Source of the DNA: an uncultured Bacilli bacterium
Lineage (GTDB): Bacteria; Bacillota_I; Bacilli_A; RF39; UBA660
DNA length: 64,000 nucleotides
Assembly (NCBI GenBank): GCA_910587065.1
Contig: CAJUMA010000005.1
Location: forward strand, 5,644-69,643
Reading direction: 5' to 3'
Below, piece by piece: positions 19,757-29,636 of the stretch. Numbering within the stretch: the stretch's first letter is position 1; each line of letters begins with the position of its first letter. The position numbers and the translations under genes are program-made. The notes below the pieces were generated by a model. That model was not told where the DNA came from and did not search any database. It saw only the letters and a program-made list of their open reading frames with translations.

Positions 19757-21229
19757 ATGGAAACAAAAAAAACGGAATTTGGAAAAGAAGAATATATAAA
19801 AATATATGAATACAAAAGAGTAAAAGTTAAGGATACTATTTATGATGTACTACGTCTTGATGACATCGCATCAGCAAACAAGTACGAAAACGAGTCAGAA
19901 TATGATATAGAATCAGGTAAATATAAAGATAGAAAAGTTGCTATTTTATTTACAGATGAAGGTAAGGAGGATTTTTACTGCCTACCTTTAACAACTGTAG
20001 AAAAAAATTTAATGACGGATATGAATCCTGATGATAAAGAAAAAATAACTTATGATAATTACCTTGCTAAATGTCCGAACGCCGAATATCAAGTTGTGGA
20101 ATACTTATGTGGCAGACCCATTCTAAAAATACTAACAGATGATGCTATTAAAGAACACTTTAAATATGCAGCTTCTCCTTCCGTTAATGAAAGTCTTTTA
20201 AATATTATTGGAGATGGTACTGCCCAATCATTCACAATAGACCCAACAACAATAAGTAAAATAGTAGGGAAAGAAAACGCTTTAACTTTACAAGATCCGA
20301 ATAAAAACATCAGAAGTCTTAGTGAATTTGATATTGGAAGCAAATACACAGAGTTAAAAAAGAAATTAGTTGGTTTAGATGAGCAATTAAAAATACTTCT
20401 TGCCAACATAACAAAAAATATTTCTCTTTCCGTTTCTGGAATGGATAAAGAAAAAACGAAAGAATTAAAAAGTAGCTTACTTATTCATGGGCCAGCGGGA
20501 AGTGGCAAAACTTTTATGATTACTAGCTCTGCAGGATTATTTAATGTACCTTATGTTATCGAAGATGCCACTAGATATTCACCAGTTGCTTATAAAGGTT
20601 CTGATATCGAAGATATTTTATTAAATCTTTATAGGGCGGCTCATGAAGATAAAGAAGCTTTTGAACACGGGATAATATTTATAGATGAATTTGATAAAAT
20701 TTGTAAATACTCAACACCAGAGGATTATGCAGTTAAACAAGATACCCAAAATTCTTTACTAACTTTAATGCAAGGAACAGTGATTCATAAAACAGTTCGT
20801 AAAGGTTTAAGTGAAGTAGAGCTTGAACTCGACACATCAAATATCACTTTTGTACTTTCAGGAGCTTTTGAAGGTATTTTAAATGAAGAAAATGTTGATA
20901 TAGATGATTTAGTTGACTATGGCATGATTAGACAACTAGCAGGAAGAATTAAACAAGTGATTAGGACAACCAATCCAACTAAAGAACAATTAAAAGAGGC
21001 ATTACTAAATAGTAAATTCAGTTATTTAAAACTCATAGAAGAATACTTTAGTATATATAACATCAAATTAGATGTATCTCCTGAATTTATGGATGCCATA
21101 GTAGAAGAAGCTTATAATAAAAAAAGTGGTTATAGAGGTCTTTCGGCTGCTATAACAAAATGTATAAATGATGTTTTATTTGATGTTTATAGTAGTAAAC
21201 AAACTGTAGTTAAACTACAAATAAAATAA
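19757..21229 (+). CDS. ClpX-like AAA+ ATPase with a non-canonical N-terminal domain (no zinc-binding domain, no obvious IGF loop)
   Basis: Walker A HGPAGSGKT, Walker B IIFIDEFDKI, and NSLLTLMQGTV / ELDTSNITFVLSGAF segments closely parallel ClpX. The N-terminal 190 aa are unrecognised. Confidence 0.7.
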   Translation: METKKTEFGKEEYIKIYEYKRVKVKDTIYDVLRLDDIASANKYENESEYDIESGKYKDRKVAILFTDEGKEDFYCLPLTTVEKNLMTDMNPDDKEKITYDNYLAKCPNAEYQVVEYLCGRPILKILTDDAIKEHFKYAASPSVNESLLNIIGDGTAQSFTIDPTTISKIVGKENALTLQDPNKNIRSLSEFDIGSKYTELKKKLVGLDEQLKILLANITKNISLSVSGMDKEKTKELKSSLLIHGPAGSGKTFMITSSAGLFNVPYVIEDATRYSPVAYKGSDIEDILLNLYRAAHEDKEAFEHGIIFIDEFDKICKYSTPEDYAVKQDTQNSLLTLMQGTVIHKTVRKGLSEVELELDTSNITFVLSGAFEGILNEENVDIDDLVDYGMIRQLAGRIKQVIRTTNPTKEQLKEALLNSKFSYLKLIEEYFSIYNIKLDVSPEFMDAIVEEAYNKKSGYRGLSAAITKCINDVLFDVYSSKQTVVKLQIK

Positions 21230-21251
21230 ATAATTTGATATAATGAATTAG

Positions 21252-23057
21252 GTGATAATTATGGATTTAAGCCATATTAGAAATTTTAGTATAATTGCGC
21301 ATATCGATCATGGAAAATCAACTCTTGCTGATCGTATACTTGAAATTACAGGATCTGTTGATAAGCACGATATGAAGAATCAATTACTTGACAGTATGGA
21401 TCTCGAAAGAGAAAGAGGAATAACTATCAAACTAAATGCAGTTGAGTTAAACTATAAACATAATAGTGAAGATTATATATTGCATTTAATAGATACTCCA
21501 GGACATGTCGATTTTTCTTATGAAGTATCGCGTAGTTTAGCAGCTTGTGAAGGAGCAATATTAATAGTTGATGCGGCTCAAGGAATTGAAGCTCAAACAT
21601 TAGCTAACCTTTATCTAGCCTTAAATAATGATTTAACAATTATACCTGTAATTAACAAAATAGATTTACCTAATGCTGATGTTCCAAAAATAACAAAAGA
21701 ACTAGTTGACGTACTAGGTTTTTCCGAAAGTGAGATTATTTTATGTTCTGGAAAAACAGGAGTTGGTGTTCCCGAACTAATAGATGCCATAATTGAAAGA
21801 ATACCAGCACCTAAAAAGCCTGAAACATCGGAAACAAAAGCAATGATATTTGATTCCTACTTTGATCCATATCGTGGAGTTATTGCATCAGTTCGTGTTT
21901 TTAGTGGGGAAATAACAAAAAAAGATATAATCAAAATGATGGCAACAAATGCCGAATATGAAGTTGTTGAATTAGGCGTAAATACGCCAAAACCTAAGCA
22001 ATTAGATAAATTAACAACTGGGCAAGTCGGATGGATTAATGCCTCAATTAAAACAATAGATACGGTAAGTGTCGGAGATACAATTACAACAAAATCTCAT
22101 GAAACAAAAACACCACTTCCTGGATATCAACCAATGAAACCAATGGTTTATTCAGGTCTTTTCCCAATCGAACCAAATAAATTTGAATTACTAAAAGAAG
22201 CTTTAGAAAAATTAAAACTAAATGATGCTTCACTATCGTTTGAACCAGAGACTTCAGAAGCTTTAGGATTTGGCTTTCGTTGTGGTTTTCTAGGACTTTT
22301 ACATATGGAAATAATCGAAGAAAGAATAACTCGTGAGTTTGGAATTGAAATAATTGCAACATCTCCTTCTGTTATATATGAAATAGAATTAACTAATGGA
22401 GATACTTTATATTTAGATAGTCCAGCAAAAATGCCAGATCGAGCTAAGATTAAAGAAATTCGTGAACCTTTTATTACAACTAATATCTTTGTACCAAGCG
22501 AGTATATTGGTTCCATTATGGAATTATGTCAAGATAAGAGGGGAATATATAAGTCTTTAGAGTATATAAATGATACAAGAGTAAATATTCATTATGACTT
22601 ACCATTATCTGAAATAGTTTATGATTTTTTTGATAGATTAAAATCAAGCACTAAGGGATATGCCTCATTTGACTATGAATTATGTGGTTATAAAGCTCAA
22701 GACTTAGTAAAAATGGATATTTTAATTAATGGAGACGTAGTTGATGCTCTATCATTAATTGTTCATAAAGATTTTGCCTATAATCGTGGTAAAAAGATAG
22801 TTGAGAATCTAAAAGAATTAATTCCAAGACAGTTATTTCAAGTTCCTTTACAAGCAAGTATTGGTTCCAAAGTAATTGCAAGAGAAACTATTTCTCAAAT
22901 GCGTAAAAATGTTTTAGCTAAATGTTATGGTGGAGATATATCAAGAAAAAGAAAACTACTAGAAGCCCAAAAAGAAGGAAAGAAAAAAATGAAAATGGTA
23001 GGATCGGTTGAAATACCACCAGAAGCTTTCTTAAGTGTTTTAAAAACAGAAAAGTAA
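21252..23057 (+). CDS. lepA: elongation factor 4 (LepA)
   Basis: [18 protein letters not shown]1 motif, DTPGHVDF and the LepA C-terminal domain. Confidence 0.9.
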   Translation: MIIMDLSHIRNFSIIAHIDHGKSTLADRILEITGSVDKHDMKNQLLDSMDLERERGITIKLNAVELNYKHNSEDYILHLIDTPGHVDFSYEVSRSLAACEGAILIVDAAQGIEAQTLANLYLALNNDLTIIPVINKIDLPNADVPKITKELVDVLGFSESEIILCSGKTGVGVPELIDAIIERIPAPKKPETSETKAMIFDSYFDPYRGVIASVRVFSGEITKKDIIKMMATNAEYEVVELGVNTPKPKQLDKLTTGQVGWINASIKTIDTVSVGDTITTKSHETKTPLPGYQPMKPMVYSGLFPIEPNKFELLKEALEKLKLNDASLSFEPETSEALGFGFRCGFLGLLHMEIIEERITREFGIEIIATSPSVIYEIELTNGDTLYLDSPAKMPDRAKIKEIREPFITTNIFVPSEYIGSIMELCQDKRGIYKSLEYINDTRVNIHYDLPLSEIVYDFFDRLKSSTKGYASFDYELCGYKAQDLVKMDILINGDVVDALSLIVHKDFAYNRGKKIVENLKELIPRQLFQVPLQASIGSKVIARETISQMRKNVLAKCYGGDISRKRKLLEAQKEGKKKMKMVGSVEIPPEAFLSVLKTEK

Positions 23058-23084
23058 GAGAAGTTAGAATACTTCTCTTTTATG
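23056..23084 (+). terminator. rho-independent terminator after lepA
   Basis: AAGAGAAGT-TAGAAT-ACTTCTCTT 9-bp hairpin followed by TTATGTT. Confidence 0.55.
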
Positions 23085-23337
23085 TTGGAAATTGACAGAA
23101 AAAGTGTATAATTTTTCAAAAAACAACCAAACACTTGTACAAAAATGCTATGATTAATATACAAATCAACCCGAACATACTCCTTTAGAAGATGGTTCAC
23201 TTATTACAACAATCAAGAATTTAAATTCCGCTGAATTAGTAACTGATGATACGGACGATGCAAATCTAAGATATATTGGAGGTAATCCAAACAACTATGT
23301 AAGATATAACAATGAGTTATGGAGAATAATTGGAATT

Positions 23338-24069
23338 ATGAATAATATGACTACTGCTGACGGAGAAAAAAGGAGTTTAGTTAAAATAATGCGTGCAACA
23401 ATTTTGCCAGAGGCATATGATTGGTATGGCTCAAGACCAGAAATTATTTGGCATACATCTGCTTTAAGATATAATTTAAATGAAGGAAATTATTATAATT
23501 CTCTTACTGACAATGCAAAGACCATGATACAAAGTGTTGAATGGAATATAGGTTTACAAGAAGATGATAATGAGTATTTAGCGAAGAAAACGTATGAAGT
23601 TGAAAGAAGTCATAATATATCAAGTTTATATCCATATTATAAATGGACAGGTAAAATTGCATTGGAGTATTTAAGTGACTATCTATATGCTTTTGGTGGA
23701 GAAAACAGTGATATTTGTCTTGCAAATTATCCATCAATTGGGGATAACCCATATTTCACCAACCAATGTTTTTATGAAAATTGGATATCAAATCCAATTG
23801 AAGAAGCAAAAACTTATAACGGAAGTGAAGCATATTTTCAGTTAGCTACATTAAATGTTAGTTCTTATTTTTATAAGGATAACACCTATGCTACTCAAAG
23901 GCATCACACAATAGGGACATATGTTACTGGAGATGTAAAACCAGCATTTATTATAACAACATCAACATCTTCAAATGATAGAATCAAACCATCCCTATAT
24001 TTAAAACCAAATGTTAATATAGTAGAAGGGGAAGGTACACAGGATAATCCTTATATTCTTGAAATATAA
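23338..24069 (+). CDS. hypothetical protein; the frame stays open upstream to 23155 with no start codon, so possibly a 5'-truncated remnant
   Basis: ATG at 23338, but the same frame has no stop back to 23155 (about 60 codons) and no ATG/GTG/TTG in that extension. Confidence 0.45.
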   Translation: MNNMTTADGEKRSLVKIMRATILPEAYDWYGSRPEIIWHTSALRYNLNEGNYYNSLTDNAKTMIQSVEWNIGLQEDDNEYLAKKTYEVERSHNISSLYPYYKWTGKIALEYLSDYLYAFGGENSDICLANYPSIGDNPYFTNQCFYENWISNPIEEAKTYNGSEAYFQLATLNVSSYFYKDNTYATQRHHTIGTYVTGDVKPAFIITTSTSSNDRIKPSLYLKPNVNIVEGEGTQDNPYILEI

Positions 24070-24079
24070 TTAAATGAAT

Positions 24080-24103
24080 CAGCCTTATACGAGGCTGTTT
24101 TTC
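24080..24103 (+). terminator. rho-independent terminator
   Basis: CAGCCT-TATACG-AGGCTG hairpin followed by TTTTTC. Confidence 0.5.
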
Positions 24104-24157
24104 TTTCTATATTGAAATTTAAGCATATTTATTATAAAATTTTGTTAAGGTGATAGT

Positions 24158-25240
24158 ATGGAGGCAGTTTATATACATATTCCTTTTTGTAAGCATATTT
24201 GTTCTTACTGTGATTTTCCGAAAGTAATACATATAGATTCTTTCGTGGATGATTACCTTGAAAGTTTAAAACAAGAAATAGAGGATAGTTATGAGGGAGA
24301 ACGTATAAAGAGTATATATATTGGAGGTGGGACTCCTTCTTGTTTGACAAAAAGAGAAAGAGTTAAATTATTTAGAATATTAAGCATATTTAAATTAACT
24401 CCTGATTGTGAATATACTTTTGAAATTAATCCTGGAGATATAGATGATGATTTACTAGATGATATAGTTGAAGGTGGGGTAAATCGCGTAAGTATTGGCG
24501 TTGAATCATTTGACCAAGATAAACTAAAAGTTTTGGAACGGGAGATAAATTACGATGATTTAGAAGAGAAAATATCCCTAATTCGTAAAAGAGGCATAGA
24601 AAACATTAATCTTGATTTAATGTATGCTGTTCCTGGAGAAAAATTAAATATTTTAAAACAAGATATAAAAAAATTAATAAGTTTGCATCCTACACATATT
24701 TCAACATACTCCTTAATTTTAGAAAATCACACTAAACTTAAAAATGCGAATACTGAATATATAAGCGAAGATTTAGATCGAAAAATGTATGATACAATAT
24801 GTGATAAATTAAAAAAAGCAGGCTTCGTGCATTACGAAGTGAGTAATTTTTCTCTCCCTGGCTATGAATCAAAACATAACATAAACTATTGGAACAATAA
24901 TGAATATTATGGATTTGGCTTAGGCGCTTCAGGTTACAAAGATGCTTTTAGATATACAAATACAAAAAATCTTCATGAATATATAGCAGATAATTTTAGA
25001 CAAGAATCACTTTTAATGTCTTATAAAGATCAGATGGACAACGAAATAATGTTAGGACTTCGAAAACTAGAAGGCATAAATGTCGATGAATTTTACAACC
25101 GCTATGGTGAAAATATTCAAGATATTTATCCTGTAAGAGACTTAATGGCAACAAACGATTTAATTTATAAAAAAGGTTATCTTTTTATACCACAAGATAA
25201 AATATATATCATGAATGAAATACTAATTAAATTAATATAA
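24158..25240 (+). CDS. hemW: radical SAM family heme chaperone HemW (HemN-like)
   Basis: CxxxCxYC radical SAM cluster motif (CKHICSYCDF) and the HemN C-terminal domain. Confidence 0.85.
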   Translation: MEAVYIHIPFCKHICSYCDFPKVIHIDSFVDDYLESLKQEIEDSYEGERIKSIYIGGGTPSCLTKRERVKLFRILSIFKLTPDCEYTFEINPGDIDDDLLDDIVEGGVNRVSIGVESFDQDKLKVLEREINYDDLEEKISLIRKRGIENINLDLMYAVPGEKLNILKQDIKKLISLHPTHISTYSLILENHTKLKNANTEYISEDLDRKMYDTICDKLKKAGFVHYEVSNFSLPGYESKHNINYWNNNEYYGFGLGASGYKDAFRYTNTKNLHEYIADNFRQESLLMSYKDQMDNEIMLGLRKLEGINVDEFYNRYGENIQDIYPVRDLMATNDLIYKKGYLFIPQDKIYIMNEILIKLI

Positions 25241-25299
25241 TGTTATTGAAAAAAAATGAAATGTTTGTTAGAATTACAATTAAGATAGAAGGGTATGTA

Positions 25300-26850
25300 A
25301 TGAAAAAAATTAATAAGATAATAATTTGGGGGGTAACGATATTAGCAGTTTCTTTACCTATGTGTGCAGAGGCTGCAACATTAAAGTTAGATAATTCCAA
25401 AAGAACTAACGAAAAAGGGGTTTTAAAATTCCCTTTAATTGTTGAAGTAAAAGAAGGAGAAAAACTTGAAAATGTAGATGTTGATTGCAACTGTGGGGGC
25501 GACTTAGACTCTGAATGTAAATTCGAAAAATCATCAGATGGATCAATTCTTTTTAAAGATAAAATATTTGGTTATTATGATGTAACAACAAGTCAAAAAA
25601 CATTTCCCCCTGGTTCAACAGAAATTGGTTATTTAGTTATAAATAATAATTTAGCATCACAAAGAAGCATAACTTTTTCGGTAACTAGTAAAAAAGTAAA
25701 ATCAGAAATAGAAAATAATACAGTAAGTATCACTGCTAAAGAAGTGGAAAGAGAAAAAAGTCATGATGCAACTCTTAAGTCATTAAAACTTTCACAAGGA
25801 ACAATGACTCCAGCATTTAATCCCAACACTTATGAGTATACAGTGTATAATATTGCTGATACAATTAACTCTGTTAACTTAACATATGAATGCAATGCTG
25901 GACAATGTGATCTTCAAGTTGTTGGAGCAAGCGGAAGACAAATTAGATTACAACAAGGAGAGAACAGGGTAGAAGTAGTTGTCGGAAGTGAAGCAGGAGA
26001 TGATGCTGATACCAAGACATATATTTTAAATGTAATAAGAGGTGAAAGTGGTTATAATTCTGCTAAACTTGCAAGTCTTTCTTTTGGCGATTACACACTT
26101 ACTCCAGCATTTAAAAGTGACGTTACTGAATATAATTTAACAGTTCCTAATAATGTGACTTCTGTAGTTAATGTTATGAAATTTGAAAAAGCTGATGAGA
26201 AAGCTAAAGAAACTTTAAATGGCTTTGATAACTTTATTGTAGGTGAAAATAAAGCGACTATTACAATCGATAATGTTAATGGTGATGAAACTGTAACTTA
26301 TACTATAAATATTACAAGAATGAACGACACAGACATTGAAGTTTTAAAATATAAAAATAACGAAATTACGTTCCGTGATTCCGATGGCATACAAGTCACA
26401 TTAAACGAAGAAGACTTTAAAAAACAATATGTTGATGAATGGGAAAAGATTGAAAATAATACATATAACTTTGATGTTGATGGAAATATCATAATTGAAA
26501 GTCCTGATTCATCAGATAAAAAAGAAGAGAAAAAGAAAAAAAACAATACATGGCTAATTATCGTTATTATCGTAGTTGGTCTTATAATAATTGGTGTTTC
26601 TGGATTCTTTATATTCAAAAAGAAAAAGCCAAATGATAAGGATAAAAATGATTCTTCTAATTTAGGTGATAAAGGTGATATAACTGAAGAGGAAAAAGAA
26701 ACAACTGAGGCGTCAGAAATTGATGAAGAAAATGTTGAAGAAGAAGTAATAAAAGAACAAAAAAATAAAGAAAATAATACAATGGATATTGATGAGGCCT
26801 TAGTTGATCTAATGAGTACTAGAAAATATGAATTCAAGGATGAAGATTAA
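25300..26850 (+). CDS. surface protein with signal peptide, two cadherin-like beta-sandwich domains and a C-terminal TM anchor with an acidic tail
   Basis: MKKINKIIIWGVTILAVSLPMCAEA signal peptide. LKSLKLSQGTMTPAFNPNTYEYTV and LASLSFGDYTLTPAFKSDVTEYNLTV cadherin-like segments. C-terminal WLIIVIIVVGLIIIGVSGFFIF TM then an acidic tail. Confidence 0.65.
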   Translation: MKKINKIIIWGVTILAVSLPMCAEAATLKLDNSKRTNEKGVLKFPLIVEVKEGEKLENVDVDCNCGGDLDSECKFEKSSDGSILFKDKIFGYYDVTTSQKTFPPGSTEIGYLVINNNLASQRSITFSVTSKKVKSEIENNTVSITAKEVEREKSHDATLKSLKLSQGTMTPAFNPNTYEYTVYNIADTINSVNLTYECNAGQCDLQVVGASGRQIRLQQGENRVEVVVGSEAGDDADTKTYILNVIRGESGYNSAKLASLSFGDYTLTPAFKSDVTEYNLTVPNNVTSVVNVMKFEKADEKAKETLNGFDNFIVGENKATITIDNVNGDETVTYTINITRMNDTDIEVLKYKNNEITFRDSDGIQVTLNEEDFKKQYVDEWEKIENNTYNFDVDGNIIIESPDSSDKKEEKKKKNNTWLIIVIIVVGLIIIGVSGFFIFKKKKPNDKDKNDSSNLGDKGDITEEEKETTEASEIDEENVEEEVIKEQKNKENNTMDIDEALVDLMSTRKYEFKDED

Positions 26851-26862
26851 TCATCCTTTTTC
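26838..26862 (+). terminator. rho-independent terminator
   Basis: GGATGA-AGATTAA-TCATCC hairpin overlapping the stop, followed by TTTTTC. Confidence 0.5.
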
Positions 26863-26908
26863 TTTCTAAAAAACTTGAAAAAGGCACGCCAATAATTAGT
26901 AAAAAACC

Positions 26909-26937
26909 TTGCAAACAACGAAAAAGTGTATTATAAT
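26909..26937 (+). promoter_or_regulatory. sigma-A type promoter for rpsU: TTGCAA, 17-nt spacer, TATAAT
   Basis: TTGCAA at 26909-26914, TATAAT at 26932-26937 with an exact 17-nt spacer; GAGGAGGG RBS follows. Confidence 0.55.
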
Positions 26938-26965
26938 ACAATTGAACTGAGAGGAGGGCAGCAAA

Positions 26966-27157
26966 ATGACAAAAGTTGAAGTAAAAAACGGCGATATTAA
27001 TGGTGCTTTAAAAAGATTCAAAATGAAAGTCGCTAAATCTGGTGTCCCTTCTGAACTAAAGAAACATAAAGAATACAAAAAACCTGGCGTTAAAAGAAGA
27101 GAAGCAAAAAAAGAAATGATAAAGAATTCTCGTAAGAGAAACAAAAAAAGAGGGTAG
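26966..27157 (+). CDS. rpsU: 30S ribosomal protein S21
   Basis: MTKVEVKNGDINGALKRFK...RKRNKKRG is the typical S21 sequence. Confidence 0.9.
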   Translation: MTKVEVKNGDINGALKRFKMKVAKSGVPSELKKHKEYKKPGVKRREAKKEMIKNSRKRNKKRG

Positions 27158-27193
27158 TTAGGTACTTTCTTTTTATTTAGAAGGAGATAATAT

Positions 27194-27631
27194 ATGTTAG
27201 ACCAAATAAAAAAAGATTTAATTAAATATATGAAAGAACAAGATAAATTTAAATTAGACGTTATTCGTATGCTTAAAAGCGCTATTCAAATGGAAAGTAT
27301 AAATTTAAAACATGATTTAAGTGATGATGAAATATTGGCTGTTATAAAAAGAGAAGTAAAAAAACGTAATTCTTCTATTGAGGAATATAAAAAATTTGGT
27401 AAAGATGAAGTTGTTGAATCATTAAAAAAGGAAATAGAGGTATTATCGGTTTATTTACCTGAAGAATTAAATGATGATGAACTTGCTAAAATAATTCATG
27501 ATAAAATAAGTAAAATAGACTCGCCATCTATAAAAGACATGGGCATCATTATAAAAGAAATATCTCAAGAATACGGAGCTCAAGTAGATATGTCTAAAGT
27601 ATCAAAACTAGTTAAAGAAAAATTATCATAA
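27194..27631 (+). CDS. GatB/YqeY domain-containing protein
   Basis: YqeY family pattern (LKSAIQMESINLKHDLSDDEILAVIKREVKKR); conserved position after rpsU. Confidence 0.8.
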   Translation: MLDQIKKDLIKYMKEQDKFKLDVIRMLKSAIQMESINLKHDLSDDEILAVIKREVKKRNSSIEEYKKFGKDEVVESLKKEIEVLSVYLPEELNDDELAKIIHDKISKIDSPSIKDMGIIIKEISQEYGAQVDMSKVSKLVKEKLS

Positions 27632-27683
27632 GCACATATGTGCTTTTTTTATTTCTTACACATATAATTTATTGGTGGATATT

Positions 27684-27917
27684 ATGTTCGATATAATAAA
27701 ATCATATTTTAAAAAAGAAAAATTTTATATTATAATAACAAGTAATTCTCTTTATATAAAAAACTATAAAAAACTTATCAACATTGATGAAAATGAAGTT
27801 TTAGTGGAATTAATATCAAATATTATGAAGATTAATGGTAAAAATTTAATACTTAAAAAAACAGTGGGTAAAGACTTAGTTATAAATGGCGATATAGAAA
27901 GCGTTAAATACATATGA
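27684..27917 (+). CDS. yqfC: YabP/YqfC-family sporulation protein
   Basis: Small beta-rich protein with an LILKKTVGKDLVINGDIESVKYI-type C-terminus, positioned before yqfD as in Bacillus. Start is uncertain: the track used TTG 27672. Confidence 0.5.
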   Translation: MFDIIKSYFKKEKFYIIITSNSLYIKNYKKLINIDENEVLVELISNIMKINGKNLILKKTVGKDLVINGDIESVKYI

Positions 27918-29047
27918 TTATTATAAAAGTAAAGAATAATACTAAAAGATTTATAAAAAAGTGTTTAACTCAAGGAATTGATTTATATAATATTGTTTAT
28001 GAAGATTCATATATTTTAGTTACTATCAAAGAAAGCGATTTAAAACAAATAAAGAAACTAAACTATTATTCAAAGATAACGAAATATAAGACACTTGGTA
28101 AAAAAAAGATTATTCTAAATATAAAGAACAATTTATATAATATTTTTCTTCTTATCCTCTTTATTGTAGTAATATTTGGAATATCAAATATAATTGTAAA
28201 AGTAGAAATAAAACATGAAAACAAATATATGATAGAAAGAATAGATGAACTATTAAAAGAAAAAGGTATAAAATCATTCACTCTTTACAAATCAAATAAT
28301 ACTTTAAATAAAATAAGCGATGAAATAACGCAAGAAAACAGGGAATTTATAGATTTTTTATCCATAACAAGAACAGGAATGAAGTATACAGTTAACATAG
28401 AGGAAAGAATAATAAGAAAAGAAGAAGAAACAAAAGAAAGATGTCATATAATAGCAAAAAAGAACGGAGTCATAACAAGTATTGATACAAAAACAGGCGT
28501 TACTTTAATTGAAAAAGGCAAACTTGTAAATAAAGGAGATATTTTAATAAGTGGCGAAATCATTTTAAATGAAGAGATAAAAGGAAATGTCTGTGCCAGT
28601 GGAGACATAAAAGCTAACACTTGGTATAAAATAAATATAAGTTACCCGTTAACGAAAACAATAAAAAAATATACTAAAAGAGAAAAAGTAAACATCAAAA
28701 TGTATGATAAGTATTTTAAAAAAAGATTATATGAAAACTTTGATGAAAAAGATATCTTCAAAGTTGGTGCACTACATCTAGTAAGACAAAAGGAATATAC
28801 AGAAGAAACAGTTAATATTACGCATGAAGACGCTAAAAACTTAGCAATTGAAGAAGCGCTAGTTAAATTAAAAGAAAAATTGGGAGAAATTCAAATAATT
28901 GATAAAAAAGTTTTGAATAGTAGTACAAATAATAGTAAAATAGAGTTAGAACTATTTGTAAGTGTTAATGAGTCAATAGGTGAAATACAAGAATATGAAG
29001 GTCGTGAGAAAATTGATACCAATGAAAGTGTACAACATACTAATTAA
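27914..29047 (+). CDS. yqfD: sporulation protein YqfD-like (stage IV sporulation family)
   Basis: N-terminal domain, single TM (LLILFIVVIFGISNI), then GDILISGEII and NTWY segments paralleling B. subtilis YqfD; overlaps the yqfC stop. Confidence 0.6.
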   Translation: MIIIKVKNNTKRFIKKCLTQGIDLYNIVYEDSYILVTIKESDLKQIKKLNYYSKITKYKTLGKKKIILNIKNNLYNIFLLILFIVVIFGISNIIVKVEIKHENKYMIERIDELLKEKGIKSFTLYKSNNTLNKISDEITQENREFIDFLSITRTGMKYTVNIEERIIRKEEETKERCHIIAKKNGVITSIDTKTGVTLIEKGKLVNKGDILISGEIILNEEIKGNVCASGDIKANTWYKINISYPLTKTIKKYTKREKVNIKMYDKYFKKRLYENFDEKDIFKVGALHLVRQKEYTEETVNITHEDAKNLAIEEALVKLKEKLGEIQIIDKKVLNSSTNNSKIELELFVSVNESIGEIQEYEGREKIDTNESVQHTN

Positions 29048-29636
29048 TTTGTTACCAATGATAATTCTTTTTTCTGTTGTAATGGTCTCAATAAGAATAA
29101 TAACTTGTATCTATAGCAAAGAAAAAATTGTCTTTTATAAAGAACTCAAAAACTTGATTTATATAATTTATTGTTTTGCCTTATTTAATTTAGTAACAAC
29201 AACAGACTTTGAAAGCTTTTCTAATAACTTTATCCCTTTTAAGGAAATCATGCGATATCACACAACAAGCGTTCTGTTTTATCGTAATGTTATAGGTAAT
29301 ATCGCCCTTTTTATTCCTTTTGGGTTTATAGTTACCGATATGATTCGCGAAAAAGCACATAAATCAAATGTTTTAATAATATCTTTAATAACCCTTTTAA
29401 CATCACTTACAACAGAAGTTATACAAATGTTTATTGGAAGAAGTTTCGATATAGATGACATTATTCTTAACCTTGTTGGAGGAATAGTTGGTTTCATTTT
29501 TTATCATCTAACATACTTAATATATAAACATATTCCAAATAGATTTAAAACAAATAGAATAAAATTTTTATTCTTTATGACCATGATAATAATATTTATA
29601 TTGTTCTTTATTATTTTATACGAGGTGGGAAGATGA
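28980..29636 (+). CDS. VanZ-like family membrane protein
   Basis: Four TM helices with the VanZ-like RSFDIDDIILNLVGGIVGF motif; overlaps the yqfD 3' end, so the start is uncertain. Confidence 0.55.
   Translation: MKYKNMKVVRKLIPMKVYNILINLLPMIILFSVVMVSIRIITCIYSKEKIVFYKELKNLIYIIYCFALFNLVTTTDFESFSNNFIPFKEIMRYHTTSVLFYRNVIGNIALFIPFGFIVTDMIREKAHKSNVLIISLITLLTSLTTEVIQMFIGRSFDIDDIILNLVGGIVGFIFYHLTYLIYKHIPNRFKTNRIKFLFFMTMIIIFILFFIILYEVGR

Noticed and set aside
16416-20409. Minus-strand ORFs 16416..16637, 18773..18976 and 20089..20409
   Set aside because: Embedded antisense within trmK, the COG2509 flavoprotein and the ClpX-like gene respectively
22084-22516. Two minus-strand ORFs (92 and 122 aa) inside lepA
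   Set aside because: Embedded antisense in the highly conserved lepA
22925-25490. Minus-strand ORFs 22925..23200, 23504..23752, 24132..24350 and 25227..25490
   Set aside because: Antisense or overlapping lepA, the 243-aa ORF, hemW and the surface-protein start; no RBS; low complexity
26298-26837. 179-aa minus-strand ORF antisense to the cadherin-like surface protein gene
   Set aside because: Ser/Phe-rich low-complexity translation mirroring the sense-strand Glu/Lys-rich region; the sense gene has a signal peptide and domain signatures
26896-27144. 82-aa minus-strand ORF covering rpsU
   Set aside because: Antisense to ribosomal protein S21, which is unambiguous
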